A stretch of 64,000 nucleotides of DNA from Lytechinus pictus (taxonomy: Eukaryota), in contig NC_087251.1 of assembly GCF_037042905.1 (NCBI RefSeq), positions 35,838,001 through 35,902,000 of the forward strand, in the 5' to 3' direction. A program made the translations under genes and the position numbers. Below are positions 1 through 11,188 of this stretch, piece after piece. Under the pieces are notes generated by a model. The model worked only from the letters and a program-made list of their open reading frames with translations. It did not search any database and was not told where the DNA came from. Within the stretch, counting starts at the first letter, position 1; each line of letters starts with the position of its first letter.

Positions 1-99
1 AAATCTACAGACACCGTGGTTTCAAACCAAAGCTTAAAAAACCACCTTTGTGAATTTGGGCCAAAGACTTCCAGTTCCTCTCAGGAGACATTAAACCTT

Positions 100-368
100 G
101 GCGCCGTCTTACAAAGAGTTACATTTGATCCAAACAATCTCAACTGTATGGAAATCTATCCATACCATAATTTTTTTCTACAGGTAATTAGCTCAATCTC
201 CTTAGTAAACAAAGAGAATCAGACTGAATCTTCAAGAGAATGGTGAATGCTTGAATAAACATATCTGGAAAAAAAATTGAACTAATTTGCATTTTAGATG
301 TTGACCTTGCTGGCCGTCCATAGTTGCGGTTGATCGGATCAATCGCAACTCTGTAAGACGGGGGGCCC
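100..368. mobile_element. PIF/Harbinger-like MITE, family A (second copy at 7189-7459 in opposite orientation)
   Basis: TIRs ggcgccgtcttacaaagagtt...aactctgtaagacggggggccc; internal sequence shared with the 7.2-kb copy. Confidence 0.75.
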
Positions 369-1074
369 TGATATGTAATGTGTGGGTTGGTACTTCTCAG
401 GTCCAGGGTACCACCTTTGAAGTAAGAGATTGCACTGAACCAACAGTGGTTCTCTCCTCACTAATCTCTTGAATTTGCATAATGATTAATCGTGTGTTTA
501 CAGATTATGGACCATAAGAATTGGTGTACCATTCTTCAGTTTACTTGGCTGCACTGAATAAGCACTCCACTGACAGTTGCTGACATAGGATTATTTGCAT
601 GTCTGATTGTATGATGATTAACTAGTCCTCTGTGACCTTGACAAGGGGGCAATCACAGACTTACATGTATACTGCTTCCAATGAAATTAAATGTTATTCA
701 CATCTGTATAATAAGGCTCTACATTGGAAAGGTTATTGTTATGATTTCAACGACTGTATTCGAATTTTTTTTTCTTTTTTAGCATTTGTATATATTCATT
801 CATTAATTTATATTATTTATTTTATTCTATTTATTTTTCATAGTTCTATATATTTGTTAATTCTTCATTTCTTTCAAATGATATTATTGATATCATTATT
901 TTTATATGGGGGGTGGGATTCTTCCATCTAGACTATTGAATAAAATATCCTAAGGACTGATGGACAAATGTTCATAACGTCATAGCAACATCCAAGAAGG
1001 TAGCTATATTGAAGTAGCCATAACTATATTGAAGTAGCTTGTGAATATGATATCTCAAGTACTGATAGTCTTTT

Positions 1075-1455
1075 TTAGCCAGTTTAATTTTCTTTTATGG
1101 TCCAATGCTTTGGAACAATCTTCCATTTCATCTTAAAAATAGTAAGAATGTTACATGTTGAACATTTCAAACGTCTGTATATAAGACACCTCCTATTTAC
1201 TTTGCCTGATTGATGCAGATTGAATTCACATACCGAATGTTTCCTTTCTATCTTCTTTCTTTTGTTCTTGCCCTTCTTTATTTCATATTGTAATAATTTG
1301 TGTTATTTTATCTTTGTACGTTTACTGTAAGGGGTCATTTTTAATAAGCCATTAATTGTGCTTTTTTATGATGTATTGAATATTGTATTGAATCGTATAT
1401 ATTGTTGTTTTTTAAAGTGAAAATAAATTGAATTGAATTGAAATTGAATTGAATT
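1075..1455 (+). mobile_element. 3' end of a CR1/L2(Crack)-like LINE
   Basis: decayed ORF2 C-terminus FYGPMLWNNLPFHLKNSKNV...HFKRLYIRHLL, T-rich 3' UTR and (AATTG)n tail. Confidence 0.7.
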
Positions 1456-1521
1456 ATTTTTTATTAATTCAGAGGTGTTGACAGTTTGGTAAATTCTGAT
1501 TTGCTTCTTGTTTTTTTACAG

Positions 1522-1673
1522 GGCTGCTGTCTGTTGTTATTGAACCATTCCTAAAGGGTGCGGTTCCCGACGTCACCCTTGTGCCTATTAGTATGAGCTA
1601 TGAGAGGATAGTAGAGGAGAAACTACATGCCCAAGAGATGTTAGGCATACCTAAACCTAAAGAATCAACTTCA
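1522..1673 (+). CDS. GNPAT: GNPAT coding exon (first visible here; upstream exons lie outside the window)
   Basis: tttttacag acceptor and gtaagt donor; reads (G)[50 protein letters not shown], matching the remembered GNPAT segment GLLNIVMEPF...LVPISISYDKILEE...LGVPKPKEST. Confidence 0.95.
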
Positions 1674-1714
1674 GTAAGTACTTTTCTGTTGTAATTCATT
1701 TATTTTTATTAAAT

Positions 1715-2125
1715 GCTGTAACAGTATACAAATAATGCATGAAAGCGCGTGCATGCATTGCCAAATAATGAACGATGTGCGAAAAGAGCCAATGTATGTA
1801 CCGCACCGAGGCCCGCAGGACCGAGTGCGGTATATCCATTTGGCGAGTCAAGCACAGAGTTCATTATTTAGGTCCTCTATGCACAAGAATACGTGTATTG
1901 TTTGTTTTATACAACCCCCCCCCTTCCCCATAATACTGAGTTGCCCCGAATACTATATTTGATCTAAATTCTAGATAATTACAGACCTCGCACTATCCTG
2001 CACTCTGACATCAGAGTGCAGGATAGTGCATTTTGGATGCAATAGTGCAATTCGCTGAATATCATGTGATCCGATTTGGACCAATCAGATTACAAAACAT
2101 TCTTGGGAGTTGTATAATATTTTAT
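1715..2125. mobile_element. Non-autonomous element with internal hairpins (Crypton-like, tentative)
   Basis: CpG-rich island within a CpG-poor intron; imperfect inverted repeat aaataatgaac...gttcattattt around ccgaggcccgcaggaccgagtg; perfect 19-bp-arm palindrome at 1990-2029. Confidence 0.4.
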
Positions 2126-2558
2126 AATCAAAGAGACATTTGAAAATATGTAGTAAGCCAGTGAGAGGAAAATTGTTAATTGAATGAACTGAAAACAAAT
2201 ATTAGCTACATAGAGGGTACTTGTAACATTGCAATGGTTAATGTAAAAGTTTTGACTGTATGTACTCTAGAATCCATTTATTTTGTTAGTGTTTTTTTTA
2301 ATTAATCATAATGTGTTTTGAAAGTGATCAATGTGAATATAAAATTCTTGCTCTGTGAAAGTTTTTGATAATATTACTGTGTTCAAAATTGCAACTTTTT
2401 GTGTCACTCTTTTTGTCTGCAATAATTCTAGCTGTATGACTTATGTCCATATGTATGTACTTTGTAAAGTAGTTTATGTATGTAACATGTGCATTGTGCA
2501 TCAATCTGCTTTTGTATTTCATAAGTTTTTTATGATAAATTTTGCCCTCATTTTGCAG

Positions 2559-2686
2559 GGTTTGGTGAAAGCTAGGAGTATTTTTCAAGAGGATTTTGGA
2601 AGCATAGTTGTTCATTTCTGCGATTCCATTTCTTTGAGAGATCAGATGAAGTCCATTGATCGATCAAGGCATAATCTTATTCCAAG
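2559..2686 (+). CDS. GNPAT: GNPAT coding exon
   Basis: ttttgcag / gtaag; GLVKARSIFQEDFGSIVVHFCDSISLRDQMKSIDRSRHNLIP(R), like GNPAT [27 protein letters not shown]...YNLVPR; phase joins previous exon. Confidence 0.95.
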
Positions 2687-2724
2687 GTAAGACAGTGGTC
2701 AATTACCACTTGGTCTACAGGCCT

Positions 2725-3107
2725 GGGGGTTGTTTCACAAAGATTAAAGCGTGACCTCGAGTCGCACTCATATACCCAGTTGCTTGCGGTATAAAAGGAA
2801 TTACCTCATTGGTCAAATAATGCTAAGAAGACACTTGCTACTGCGTATAAATCTAGTCTGCTGTGCAAACCCTTCACTCGAGTTAAGGGTCTGAATGTGC
2901 AGCCTACTCATGCCTTGTGTACTGGAGGCCCAGCAAGTTTTGTATGTGCTAGTCTTTGTGTGGAGACACACTTGCTGATCAAAGTTTCAATCAGGGTCTG
3001 TGCCTGCAGACTAGTATAAATCAATAAGATTACGAGTTATATATCATGTAGGGATCAGGATCAAGCATGGTTCTAACTCACACTTAATTCTTTGTGAAAC
3101 ACCCCCC
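2725..3107. mobile_element. Harbinger-like MITE carrying a nested insertion
   Basis: TIR ggggttgtttcacaaagattaa...ttaattctttgtgaaacacccc. Confidence 0.7.
2854..3013. mobile_element. 160-bp MITE with TAG..CTA termini and 9-bp TSD
   Basis: TIR tagtctgc...gcagacta; gtataaatc duplicated at 2845-2853 and 3014-3022. Confidence 0.8.
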
Positions 3108-3637
3108 ACTCTGCACCCACTTTGGCTAGTTTCCATTTGGTCTCATCCCTCTACTTATTAGTATTGGTATGAACACTGAATTGCTGATTATCCAAATATT
3201 ATAGAATATGAATCCCTTTTAATTTGATTTAAAAGTGAAACTAAATTTAAGCTGTTGTGTTACTCAACAATAGATACATAATGAAAAAAAAAACCTTTAT
3301 TCTTAAAATATTTTGGGGCGTTCCTCGCGGCCCATGTGGAAGAGTGTAGCAGCCAGCTATGGGGGCCGCGGACCACCAGTTGAGAAGTGCTGGTCTATAT
3401 GGGTAAACTAAATGTTTATAAACAAAATTTGTATTAGATGAATAATGAAATAATGAGTAGACGAATTGGCACATAGTCCAACTGGTAATTAGACTAAATT
3501 AGAATGAAAACCAAGTGGGTAGTAGACCGAGTGTTGAGACCAAGTTGATAGTAGACCAAATGGATGTAGCCCATGTGGTATTAGACTTTCTGATTAGTAG
3601 ACCAAGTACTTGTAGACAAAGTGAATTTAAACCATAT

Positions 3638-3927
3638 GGCCGGTATTCTGAAGTTTGGTTTAAAGTTGTGGTTTAACTATGGATAGCCAATAGTGGCATA
3701 TATCTCTAACAGTAAATGTATCAGCTCATTTTTTTTCTCAAATCATTCTTAACTGTTTCGGAAGGATAGATAAGATAGCTTTCTTCACTCACCATTTACA
3801 AGCTAGGAAAGAGTATAGTAAACATAAGAAACATACAATATAAGGAAAATTTTGACGTATTTGGCTTTTAGTTTTAGCACAGAGTTAAACCATGGTTTAA
3901 GTTAAACCTGACTTCAGAATACGGGTT
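3638..3927. mobile_element. Harbinger-like MITE, family B (degenerate copy)
   Basis: ggccggtattctgaagt...acttcagaatacggg; colinear with 4773-5083. Confidence 0.75.
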
Positions 3928-3962
3928 TATGAGTTTTTATAACATAACTTGTATTTCTTTAG

Positions 3963-4175
3963 TGACACAACATATGCTCCTGCGCCATTTGCTCCAGTCT
4001 TCATATCTTAGAGGGTATAGGGTTAGAGTTAAGATTTTTATAGAGTCTTTGGTTCAGAATAATGTACATATAAGGATTAGGATTTATTAAGTTTTGGGAG
4101 GTTTGGTTTTGTGTTTTGCTTAATATGGAGATTTTCGATCGGAGCACTTGTCGCGCGAGCAAATGTCATGGAACC
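3963..4175. mobile_element. TIR element with internal degenerate GGTTA-like repeats
   Basis: acatatgctcctgcgccatttgctcc at left versus ggagcacttgtcgcgcgagcaaatgt at right; agggtatagggttagagttaag inside. Confidence 0.5.
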
Positions 4176-4772
4176 ATTTCCTTTAACCATGTACATGTAG
4201 GCTTCAATTAAATTTCTCCTTCCATTTACTTGCTCAGCAGCTTTGGATTTGCGATGCAAGTTGGCAAGAATTGTTATGAACATTGTTTTAAAACCCACTT
4301 GGCCATAACTATTGTTTAACCAAAAGTGGAATGCAGCTTTAAGATTTTCCTGATGAGGCTTCCAGAAAGGAGGGGGGGGGTTACTGAGAGTCTTGCCATC
4401 ATCTCCCAACATCCAATGTATCAGTAGCTTACAATAGTTTCTGTAAACATCACATACAAATATCGTTATGGAAGGATATTAATGTAAACATTTGTGATTC
4501 ACCAGTGTCCATCATGAGAAGATGTTCATGGTGCAGTAAAGACAGGAAAGCAAATGGAAAAAATAATCAAAATAGGTGAGAGTTACGTTTACCCGAAAAC
4601 TTGTCTGAATGGCCAGTGCCAGCTGCACAGAAATGTTAGTGCTTACAGTATGCTATTGATGGTCTGTTACAACTAGTAATGTTGCAGCGATGCCTTATGT
4701 CATTACGCATTATTTACATCTTGATCAATGTTTGACATCACAACCCAAAAGATGTGACTGGGCCTACTGTTA

Positions 4773-5083
4773 GGCCCGTATTCTGAAGTCAGGTTTAAAT
4801 TAAACTCAGGTTTAAAGTTGTGGTTTAAGTATGGATAGCCAATTGTTACATAAATCACAAACAGTAGAGATATCATATTTAAGCTCACTTGGCTTTCAAA
4901 TCATCCATAATTGTCTAGGAAGTATAAATAGATGATTGTCTTCACCATTGATGAATCAGGAAAGAGCACAGTAAACATAAGAAACATACAACTTGATAAA
5001 AAATTTGACACTTTTGGCTTCCCATAATTTTAGCACAGAGTTAGACCATGGTCTAAGTTGAACCTGACTTCAGAATACGGGCC
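4773..5083. mobile_element. Harbinger-like MITE, family B
   Basis: TIR ggcccgtattctgaagtcaggtt...aacctgacttcagaatacgggcc with TTA TSD on both sides. Confidence 0.88.
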
Positions 5084-5239
5084 TTAGTGTCCAGTTAGCG
5101 TTACAACGTTCCTGTGCAGGACTGCTGGTTGTTAGTGAGATTTTGAAGGTGCTAAAAGGATCATTCCTCTGATGAAGTCCTATCTCATGACAGTCCTCAT
5201 CCTTTTGCCCATCTTCTCTTGAAAATTGGTAATCTCCAG

Positions 5240-5460
5240 GTTCATGTTCTCTGTGACCCCAGAAGAGCATGCAACAATAGGCAGCGTTGCCCAGGCCGTA
5301 CAGGAGGTGCAACGGGACCACATCATCATGTCACCGTGGGTGCTGTGCGCAGCATGCCTGCTTCAACAACCCGATTCCTACAGCGTAAGGGAACTCACAA
5401 GCCAAGTGACGTGGCTCAAGGACATGGTCAGGCAGTACAGGATTCAAGTGGACTGGCCAA
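5240..5460 (+). CDS. GNPAT: GNPAT coding exon
   Basis: ctccag / gtaagg; FMFSVTPEEHATIGSVAQAVQEVQRDHIIMSPWVLCAACLLQQPDSYSVRELTSQVTWLKDMVRQYRIQVDWP, with the conserved SPW..LLQ..WLK..WP pattern. Confidence 0.93.
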
Positions 5461-5580
5461 GTAAGGACTTTTCTTTCTGTGTTCATCCGTAGTACTTCAA
5501 TTTGTTATTGTTCTTTTTCATATAGTTTTCAATATCCTATTTGAAATTTGTTAAGCTCTCCTAAATATTTAATGACAATG

Positions 5581-5710
5581 GTAGTAGTAGTAGTAGTAGT
5601 AGTAGTATGATTATAATTAGTAGTAGTAATAGCAGTAGTAGTAGAAGTAGTAGTAGTAGTAGTAGTCGTAGCAGTAGTATTCGTCGTAGTAGTCGTAGTA
5701 GTAGTAGTAC

Positions 5711-5784
<74 letters not shown>

Positions 5785-5880
5785 CTAGTAGTAGTAGTGG
5801 TAGTAGTAGTAGTAGTACTAGTAGTAGTAGTGGTAGTAGTAGTAGTAAAAGTGGAGGAGGAGGAGTAGCAGCAGTAGTAT
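5581..5880. repeat. (TAG)n microsatellite
   Basis: long gtagtagta run with interruptions; source of poly-S/T/L ORFs. Confidence 0.95.
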
Positions 5881-6127
5881 AACAAGTAATTGTACAAGTA
5901 ATACTGTAAGTTTCAAATTCTGAGAGAAAACAGGTATTGAAGTGATTCACTTTTCATTCCTGATCATTTTCTCAATGGTGAATTGCATGGCAGCATTTCT
6001 TATTCACCACAATAGTGGTAGGATTACTAGTAGTAGCAACAGTAGCAGCTGCAAACGTACATTCATGTAGACAATATCTAATGTGCTTCATTTTTCATTC
6101 TCTTTCTGTCTTCGACCAATGGTGCAG

Positions 6128-6391
6128 TTGGTAGGGGGTCACATGACATCATCAATTCAGCATTCAAGATTCACCACAGCCTCATCAAACAGCACAAAGA
6201 TGGCCGCGTCGCGTTGAGTCGCTCCCTCTACAGTCCAGATGCCACTGTAGATACATCGACAATAGAGGGGGTCCTGACACATGCAGCTGTTCACATGGAC
6301 CTAGCCATGTATCGCAATTACCTGGCTGCATCCCTCGCTACACAGGGGATGTTATCCCTTTCTTTCTGTGGCTTGGACAAATGCTCTCAAG
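6128..6391 (+). CDS. GNPAT: GNPAT coding exon
   Basis: polypyrimidine tract then tgcag / gtgatt; GRGSHDIINSAFKIHHSLIK...HAAVHMDLAMYRNYLAASLATQGMLSLSFCGLDKCSQ with conserved YRN motif; phase 1 at both ends fits neighbours. Confidence 0.88.
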
Positions 6392-7188
6392 GTGATTTTT
6401 TTATTATGAATATTTTATTCAATTTATGTGTTTCATTACACATACACAACCAGGTTCCATTACCATTAAAGGTTTTTGTGGTGATAACTTTTTCCAAAGA
6501 CATACAGAAGCATGAATCACGAGTGAGAACTGAAAACTTAAAGAAATATCCTAAGCTTCAACTGAATAATGAATCCCATGCACAGGGAAGGGTGAAGATT
6601 AATTAGTTAGATTAGATTAGTTAATTAGATTAATTAGTGTGGTCCCAGGAAAACTAGTGTTTAAATTGAGTTTCCAATGATTTTGAAACAGAAACGATGT
6701 GATTAATGCATATTGTAGAGTACACTGTGGTCGACCAATTTCTCAGGATTAATATGTGTGAGTGATGTCACAATAAGGGGGCAATTTGCACTTACATATT
6801 TTGAAACTCGCGAATTGTATAACAATTATAACAAAAAGTGTTTGGTTCAACCAATATTTGATCAATCTTTTGAAAAATATATCACCCCTCCATAACAAAC
6901 TTCTTTTAATACGAATGGAAAACAGTTAAATTTGGGAAAGAAATATATGATCATCTGCCAATTGAGATAACAAATGTGATATTGTATTTTTAGCTATCTT
7001 TTTGTCCAAACTAAGCTTTTTGGGGTTTGTGTTTTTCAGTGTCGATATTATCAATAGGGTCAGTAATGGTATACCAGCTATTACTCTCTTTATTCATTTT
7101 ATAATGATATGCTACTCTGTACAGGAATTTTTATCAGTATAATAGCAGGAGCGTTCAAATTGGCCCCTGTCTTTGCCTTCAAGATCAG

Positions 7189-7459
7189 GGCCCCGTCTTA
7201 CAAAGAGCTGCGATTGATCCGATCAATCGCAACTATGGAAAGCCAGCAAAGTCAACATATAAAATGCATGTTTGTTCAAAATTTGTTATAGATACGAATG
7301 TAAATCCATGAATTCATTGATTTCTTGACAATTTGGTGTGTTCTCGTTTGTTTACAAAGGACATTTCACAAATTTCCTGTAGAAAAAATTATGACACTGA
7401 TGGATTTCCATAGAGTTACGATTGATGGGATCGATCGTAACTCTTTGTAAGACGGTGCC
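7189..7459. mobile_element. PIF/Harbinger-like MITE, family A
   Basis: TIR ggccccgtcttacaaagag...ctctttgtaagacggtgcc flanked by a 3-bp CAG direct repeat. Confidence 0.8.
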
Positions 7460-7777
7460 CAGGACTCCTGCATACTGCATGTAATGTATGGATGTGAATG
7501 TTTAAAGCCAGGATGATTATGATTTTTTTTATGATGGTACCAACATTCACACAAACTCTTGAGTCAGATCAATGATTGCCACATGAAACTACAGTACTCT
7601 GTAGAGTTTATTTCAACAATTTACACCCATTAGAAATAATAAGTAATTACATGTATAATCAGCTTCTGTTAATGAAACATTGATGGCAGTTTGGCACCGT
7701 CTTAAGTTCAATATCATGATATTGTATTGTATAATGCTGTAAATATTGATAGGGGTTTAGTACCAGATGGTTTTGCT

Positions 7778-8184
7778 TTAAACATAAAATGCCAGTTGTG
7801 GTAATAATCCCAAAATACGTTCGAACAGAATCCAATTTAAAGACTCTCAACATGTTATATGTATGAATAAATACTATGTGCTTAGTCATTCTGTATAAAA
7901 ATCTGTAATTGCTGAGTAATTGACAGAAGAAGCATGACATTCAAGCCATATGCCGGGGCTTTTCCAAGCAATAATAATACACTGTCCCACATGTACTTAT
8001 ATGTGTTTGTGATCTTCTCTGTGATCGTTTTTCAGCTCCGATTTCATGATTTCACAAATTTCAGTTTATGTACTACCAGATCTAGATCTATGATAATATA
8101 GAGACCCTTAACCTTTGTTTTACAGACTTCTATCTCGTGAAATCAGTGTTTACTGCGACTACTTTCCATTGCCAGTATCTTTAA
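7778..8184. mobile_element. Degenerate TTAA-flanked (Kolobok-like) MITE
   Basis: begins ttaaacataaaatgccagttgtggt and ends ...gccagtatctttaa; TIRs are decayed. Confidence 0.35.
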
Positions 8185-8333
8185 TTTTCCTTATCTTAGC
8201 TAGGTAATGAAAATTGAATTGAATTTAAAAATTTCAATTTATTTCATTATTGTAATGTTTGAATGATAGTCATTCGAGACAGATAATATATTTGAAATAA
8301 TGGAGACTTTCATTGGTTTTGCTTTGTTCACAG

Positions 8334-8413
8334 ATGAACTTTATGAGCAGTATCAGTTCCTTTTCAAGTTGTTTACTGAAGAATTTACATCAAATCCCAT
8401 TCATTCACAACAG
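8334..8413 (+). CDS. GNPAT: GNPAT coding exon
   Basis: ttcacag / gtatga; (D)ELYEQYQFLFKLFTEEFTSNPIHSQQ, like GNPAT DVYSCFRFLRDVFADEF. Confidence 0.9.
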
Positions 8414-8639
8414 GTATGAATTTTTATTCTTTTTCTTTACTTTTTGTGTACGAATGCTAGCTAAATTGGTTTCTATTTCCCCGTCTGAATTGTTTTGATA
8501 TTGAATGTGTTTATTCTGAAAATTATTTAAATATTCTCCAGTAATTCAAATTACTAAGCACTTCTTAAGCACTGATTACAGCCCAAAGATCTTAATAATG
8601 GTGTAAACATGATAAAAATGATAATTATAACTTTTACTA

Positions 8640-8810
8640 TCAGCCGATTTTCAAGCCGACCCTGCATAACATATTATTACCTTTCTCCACTCACAAAAGT
8701 TGAGCAGCTGACAAAAAGGCGGAAGGTCCCATTTTTAGTCTTTATTATCACTCGGAAGGGGCTCGAACCCACAACCTCCCGTTCATGAGTCAGGCACTCT
8801 ACTCTACACT
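8640..8810 (-). mobile_element. tRNA-derived SINE fragment
   Basis: minus strand reads AGTGTAGAGTAGAGTG...GGGTTCGAGCCC (B box) followed by a SINE-like body. Confidence 0.55.
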
Positions 8811-8812
8811 CT

Positions 8813-9110
8813 TGAGAGCATTGTTGGCTCAGTCGGTAACGCGTCTGCCCGTTGAACCAAAGATGCAGGCTATGTTACAATGGAAAACACTCCGTCCCTC
8901 GGATAGGACGTGAAATGGAGGCCCCGTGTAGAGGAGAGTCACCACCTTTGCACGTTAAGAACCCACTGCACTATTCGTACAAGAGTAGGGGGAAACCCCA
9001 GTGTAGTGGTCCACCTGCACTCCCCCCAATCAGTTATATCTGGAGGAGAGACTTGCGGGTCATAGTAATTCGCCTTTTCAGGCACAGGTGACGCCAAACA
9101 TGATAAAATT
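8813..9110 (+). mobile_element. tRNA-headed SINE with Deu/Nin-like central domain
   Basis: A-box head tggctcagtcggtaacgcg; body ctcggataggacgtgaaatggaggcccc...gcacgttaagaacccactgcactattcgtacaagagtagggg resembles the remembered DeuSINE conserved domain. Confidence 0.65.
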
Positions 9111-9192
9111 TAAAAATGATAAAACCACTTAACATGCCTTGTATACATACCTGCTTATTTATTGCTTGACTATTACTTTTTTCACCATTCAG

Positions 9193-9333
9193 AAATTTGA
9201 GCGCACTCTTGCCATATTTGTTGCTTGTGGGACATTGGAGAGTGACAGAGGAGAAGTGAGAATAACAACCAAAGGAGAGAGAGAGATTTCTTTCTTTACC
9301 GAGATGATGTCACCTTTTCTGCTCGGATACTGG
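9193..9333 (+). CDS. GNPAT: GNPAT coding exon
   Basis: cattcag / gtaagg; KFERTLAIFVACGTLESDRGEVRITTKGEREISFFTEMMSPFLLGYW, like GNPAT ..VTEKG...FL..LFKPFVESY. Confidence 0.9.
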
Positions 9334-9393
9334 GTAAGGTTCCTCTCCTGCTTGTTTATCTTATAAATTGCCACTTGGTCTACGTCCACATTA

Positions 9394-9865
9394 GGTGGTT
9401 TCAGACTGCCTCGAAGTTCGTCAGTTCCAGGTATCTTCTGATCGGGAAATTTACCCCGATCAGAAAATACCAGGTAATATTGACAATGTGAAAGCAAATT
9501 TCGCATAATCTCCCCAAAAGAAAATACCCACAAATAGTAGGTACTTGTCAAAATTACGAGAACTTTCGCGGGGATTTTCCAAGGTTGCAGGTATTTTGGC
9601 AATGTGAAAGCAATTTACGGGAACTTTTAGCCCAGCGTGTAGTTGGGTGCGGGCGCCGTGGGTGGCTGCTGAGCTAGTGATTTTGAATCTCGCGCCTTGC
9701 TTGCTTCTCAGACCATACTGCGCATGCTTGTAACTTCAGGAACTTATTCTGAAGGGTATGTTTCGGGGCGTTGTGAATGCAGGAATAATTAATGGGTATT
9801 TTTTAGCTTAAAATGTTCTCGTAATTTAACAGGGATTCTTATGATCGAGGCGGTTTGAAACCACC
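9394..9865. mobile_element. Harbinger-like MITE
   Basis: TIR ggtggtttcagactgcctcga...tcgaggcggtttgaaaccacc; flanks tta / tga. Confidence 0.8.
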
Positions 9866-10267
9866 TGATGTCTACTTTCTGTATTATCTAATCCCACATG
9901 GTCTGATCCTACTTCTTCTACAACCAGTTGGTATACTCCTAAAGCTTCCTGTCTACTTTCCGTTAAGCCAATTATCATTTTGTCTAAATTAAATTGAGGC
10001 CAATCAAGCCCCTCAATTGGTATAAAATATTCTTTTGAAGACTCTCTAATGTGTTACATTGATAGTACATGGAGATCTACCATTTAACATGCTGTTTTAT
10101 GAGATATTTGTTGTTTTTCTCTCATGTTATAGCTGGTACATGAGTCCTTATATTTTAATGTGTTTTGGGAGATATTCTTTGTTTCCCTGCTGTAAAAGCT
10201 GGCATATCAGTACATACCATTTAATCAAACGTTTTATGAAATATTCATTGTTTCTTTCCTTTCATAG

Positions 10268-10376
10268 CTGGTATGTCAGTACCTGATGGTGCATCCCTCA
10301 TCGTCTCCTCAAGGTGTTCCTATCAAACAAATAGCTAAAGATATCCAGATGAAAATAGCTACCATCATCTCACAAG
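10268..10376 (+). CDS. GNPAT: GNPAT coding exon
   Basis: tttcatag / gtaact; LVCQYLMVHPSSSPQGVPIKQIAKDIQMKIATIISQ, like GNPAT IICKYLL...; phase consistent. Confidence 0.88.
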
Positions 10377-10454
10377 GTAACTCACAACTTCCTATTGATA
10401 ATTCCAATAGTTCCAATTAATTGTGGTTAGCCTTAAGGTGACATCGTTGTTTTT

Positions 10455-10735
10455 TTCATAACTCTTCCACCACATAACAACTTGTTCTACTGACTTACTA
10501 AGTTTGTCCCTCAACTTATGAGTCATTCCATGACTAATAATTTGTTCCCTCAACTTTAACTCATGACTTACTGACTTGTTCCATCCGCTTACTTACAGTG
10601 AGTCGAAAGTCTGGGAGGAATTTAATAAGTTGAGGGAACAAGTTTTAGTAAGTAATTGGAATTAGTTATGTGTCGTTGGAAGGAGTTATATGTTGTGGGA
10701 ATGAGTCAGTAAGTCATAGGAATGAGTTTGGAAGT
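10455..10735. mobile_element. Fold-back-like repeat element
   Basis: left arm cataactcttcca...gacttactaagtttgtccctcaactt mirrored by aagttgagggaacaagttttagtaagt...tggaaggagttatatg. Confidence 0.5.
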
Positions 10736-11048
10736 GAAAACATCTCATGTCACTTTCTGTATTTAAAAGTCTGAAGTATCAAATCCAGTTTTGTCCCCAT
10801 AGAAGAGGGTGGCCGGATTCAACTTACGTTTGTGGCAATCACTCTTACCCTGAACTTTTCACAATCTCCTGCATCCTTCATCCTCTCCTCAATAACTTTC
10901 TCTCCTCCACTAGCTTCCGCTGTGTCTTTTTGGCTGTCTGCTTGAACCACCCACCACAAACTTAAAACAATTAACTATACTTTTAAAGCCTTTCTTTCTA
11001 AATTATTGCCCAGTGCTATTACTCCCATTAAGCTTTGATACAACACCA

Positions 11049-11188
11049 GGGTCCCATTGCATAAAAGTTACCATTATGGTAACTTGCATGGAATCCTTGA
11101 TTTTGATTGGCTGTTGATCTGTGTTACCATGGTAGTTACCATTGGATGGCAAAGTTATCATAATAGGTACTTTTATGCAACGGGCCCC
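11049..11188. mobile_element. Short Harbinger-like MITE, family C
   Basis: TIR gggtcccattgcataaaagt...acttttatgcaacgggccc; related to 17247-17403. Confidence 0.75.

Noticed and set aside
4011..4110. Interstitial telomere
   Set aside because: Only degenerate GGTTA-like units inside a TIR element; no tandem TTAGGG array
5529..5950. Poly-Thr/Leu/Ser ORFs
   Set aside because: (TAG)n microsatellite inside a GNPAT intron
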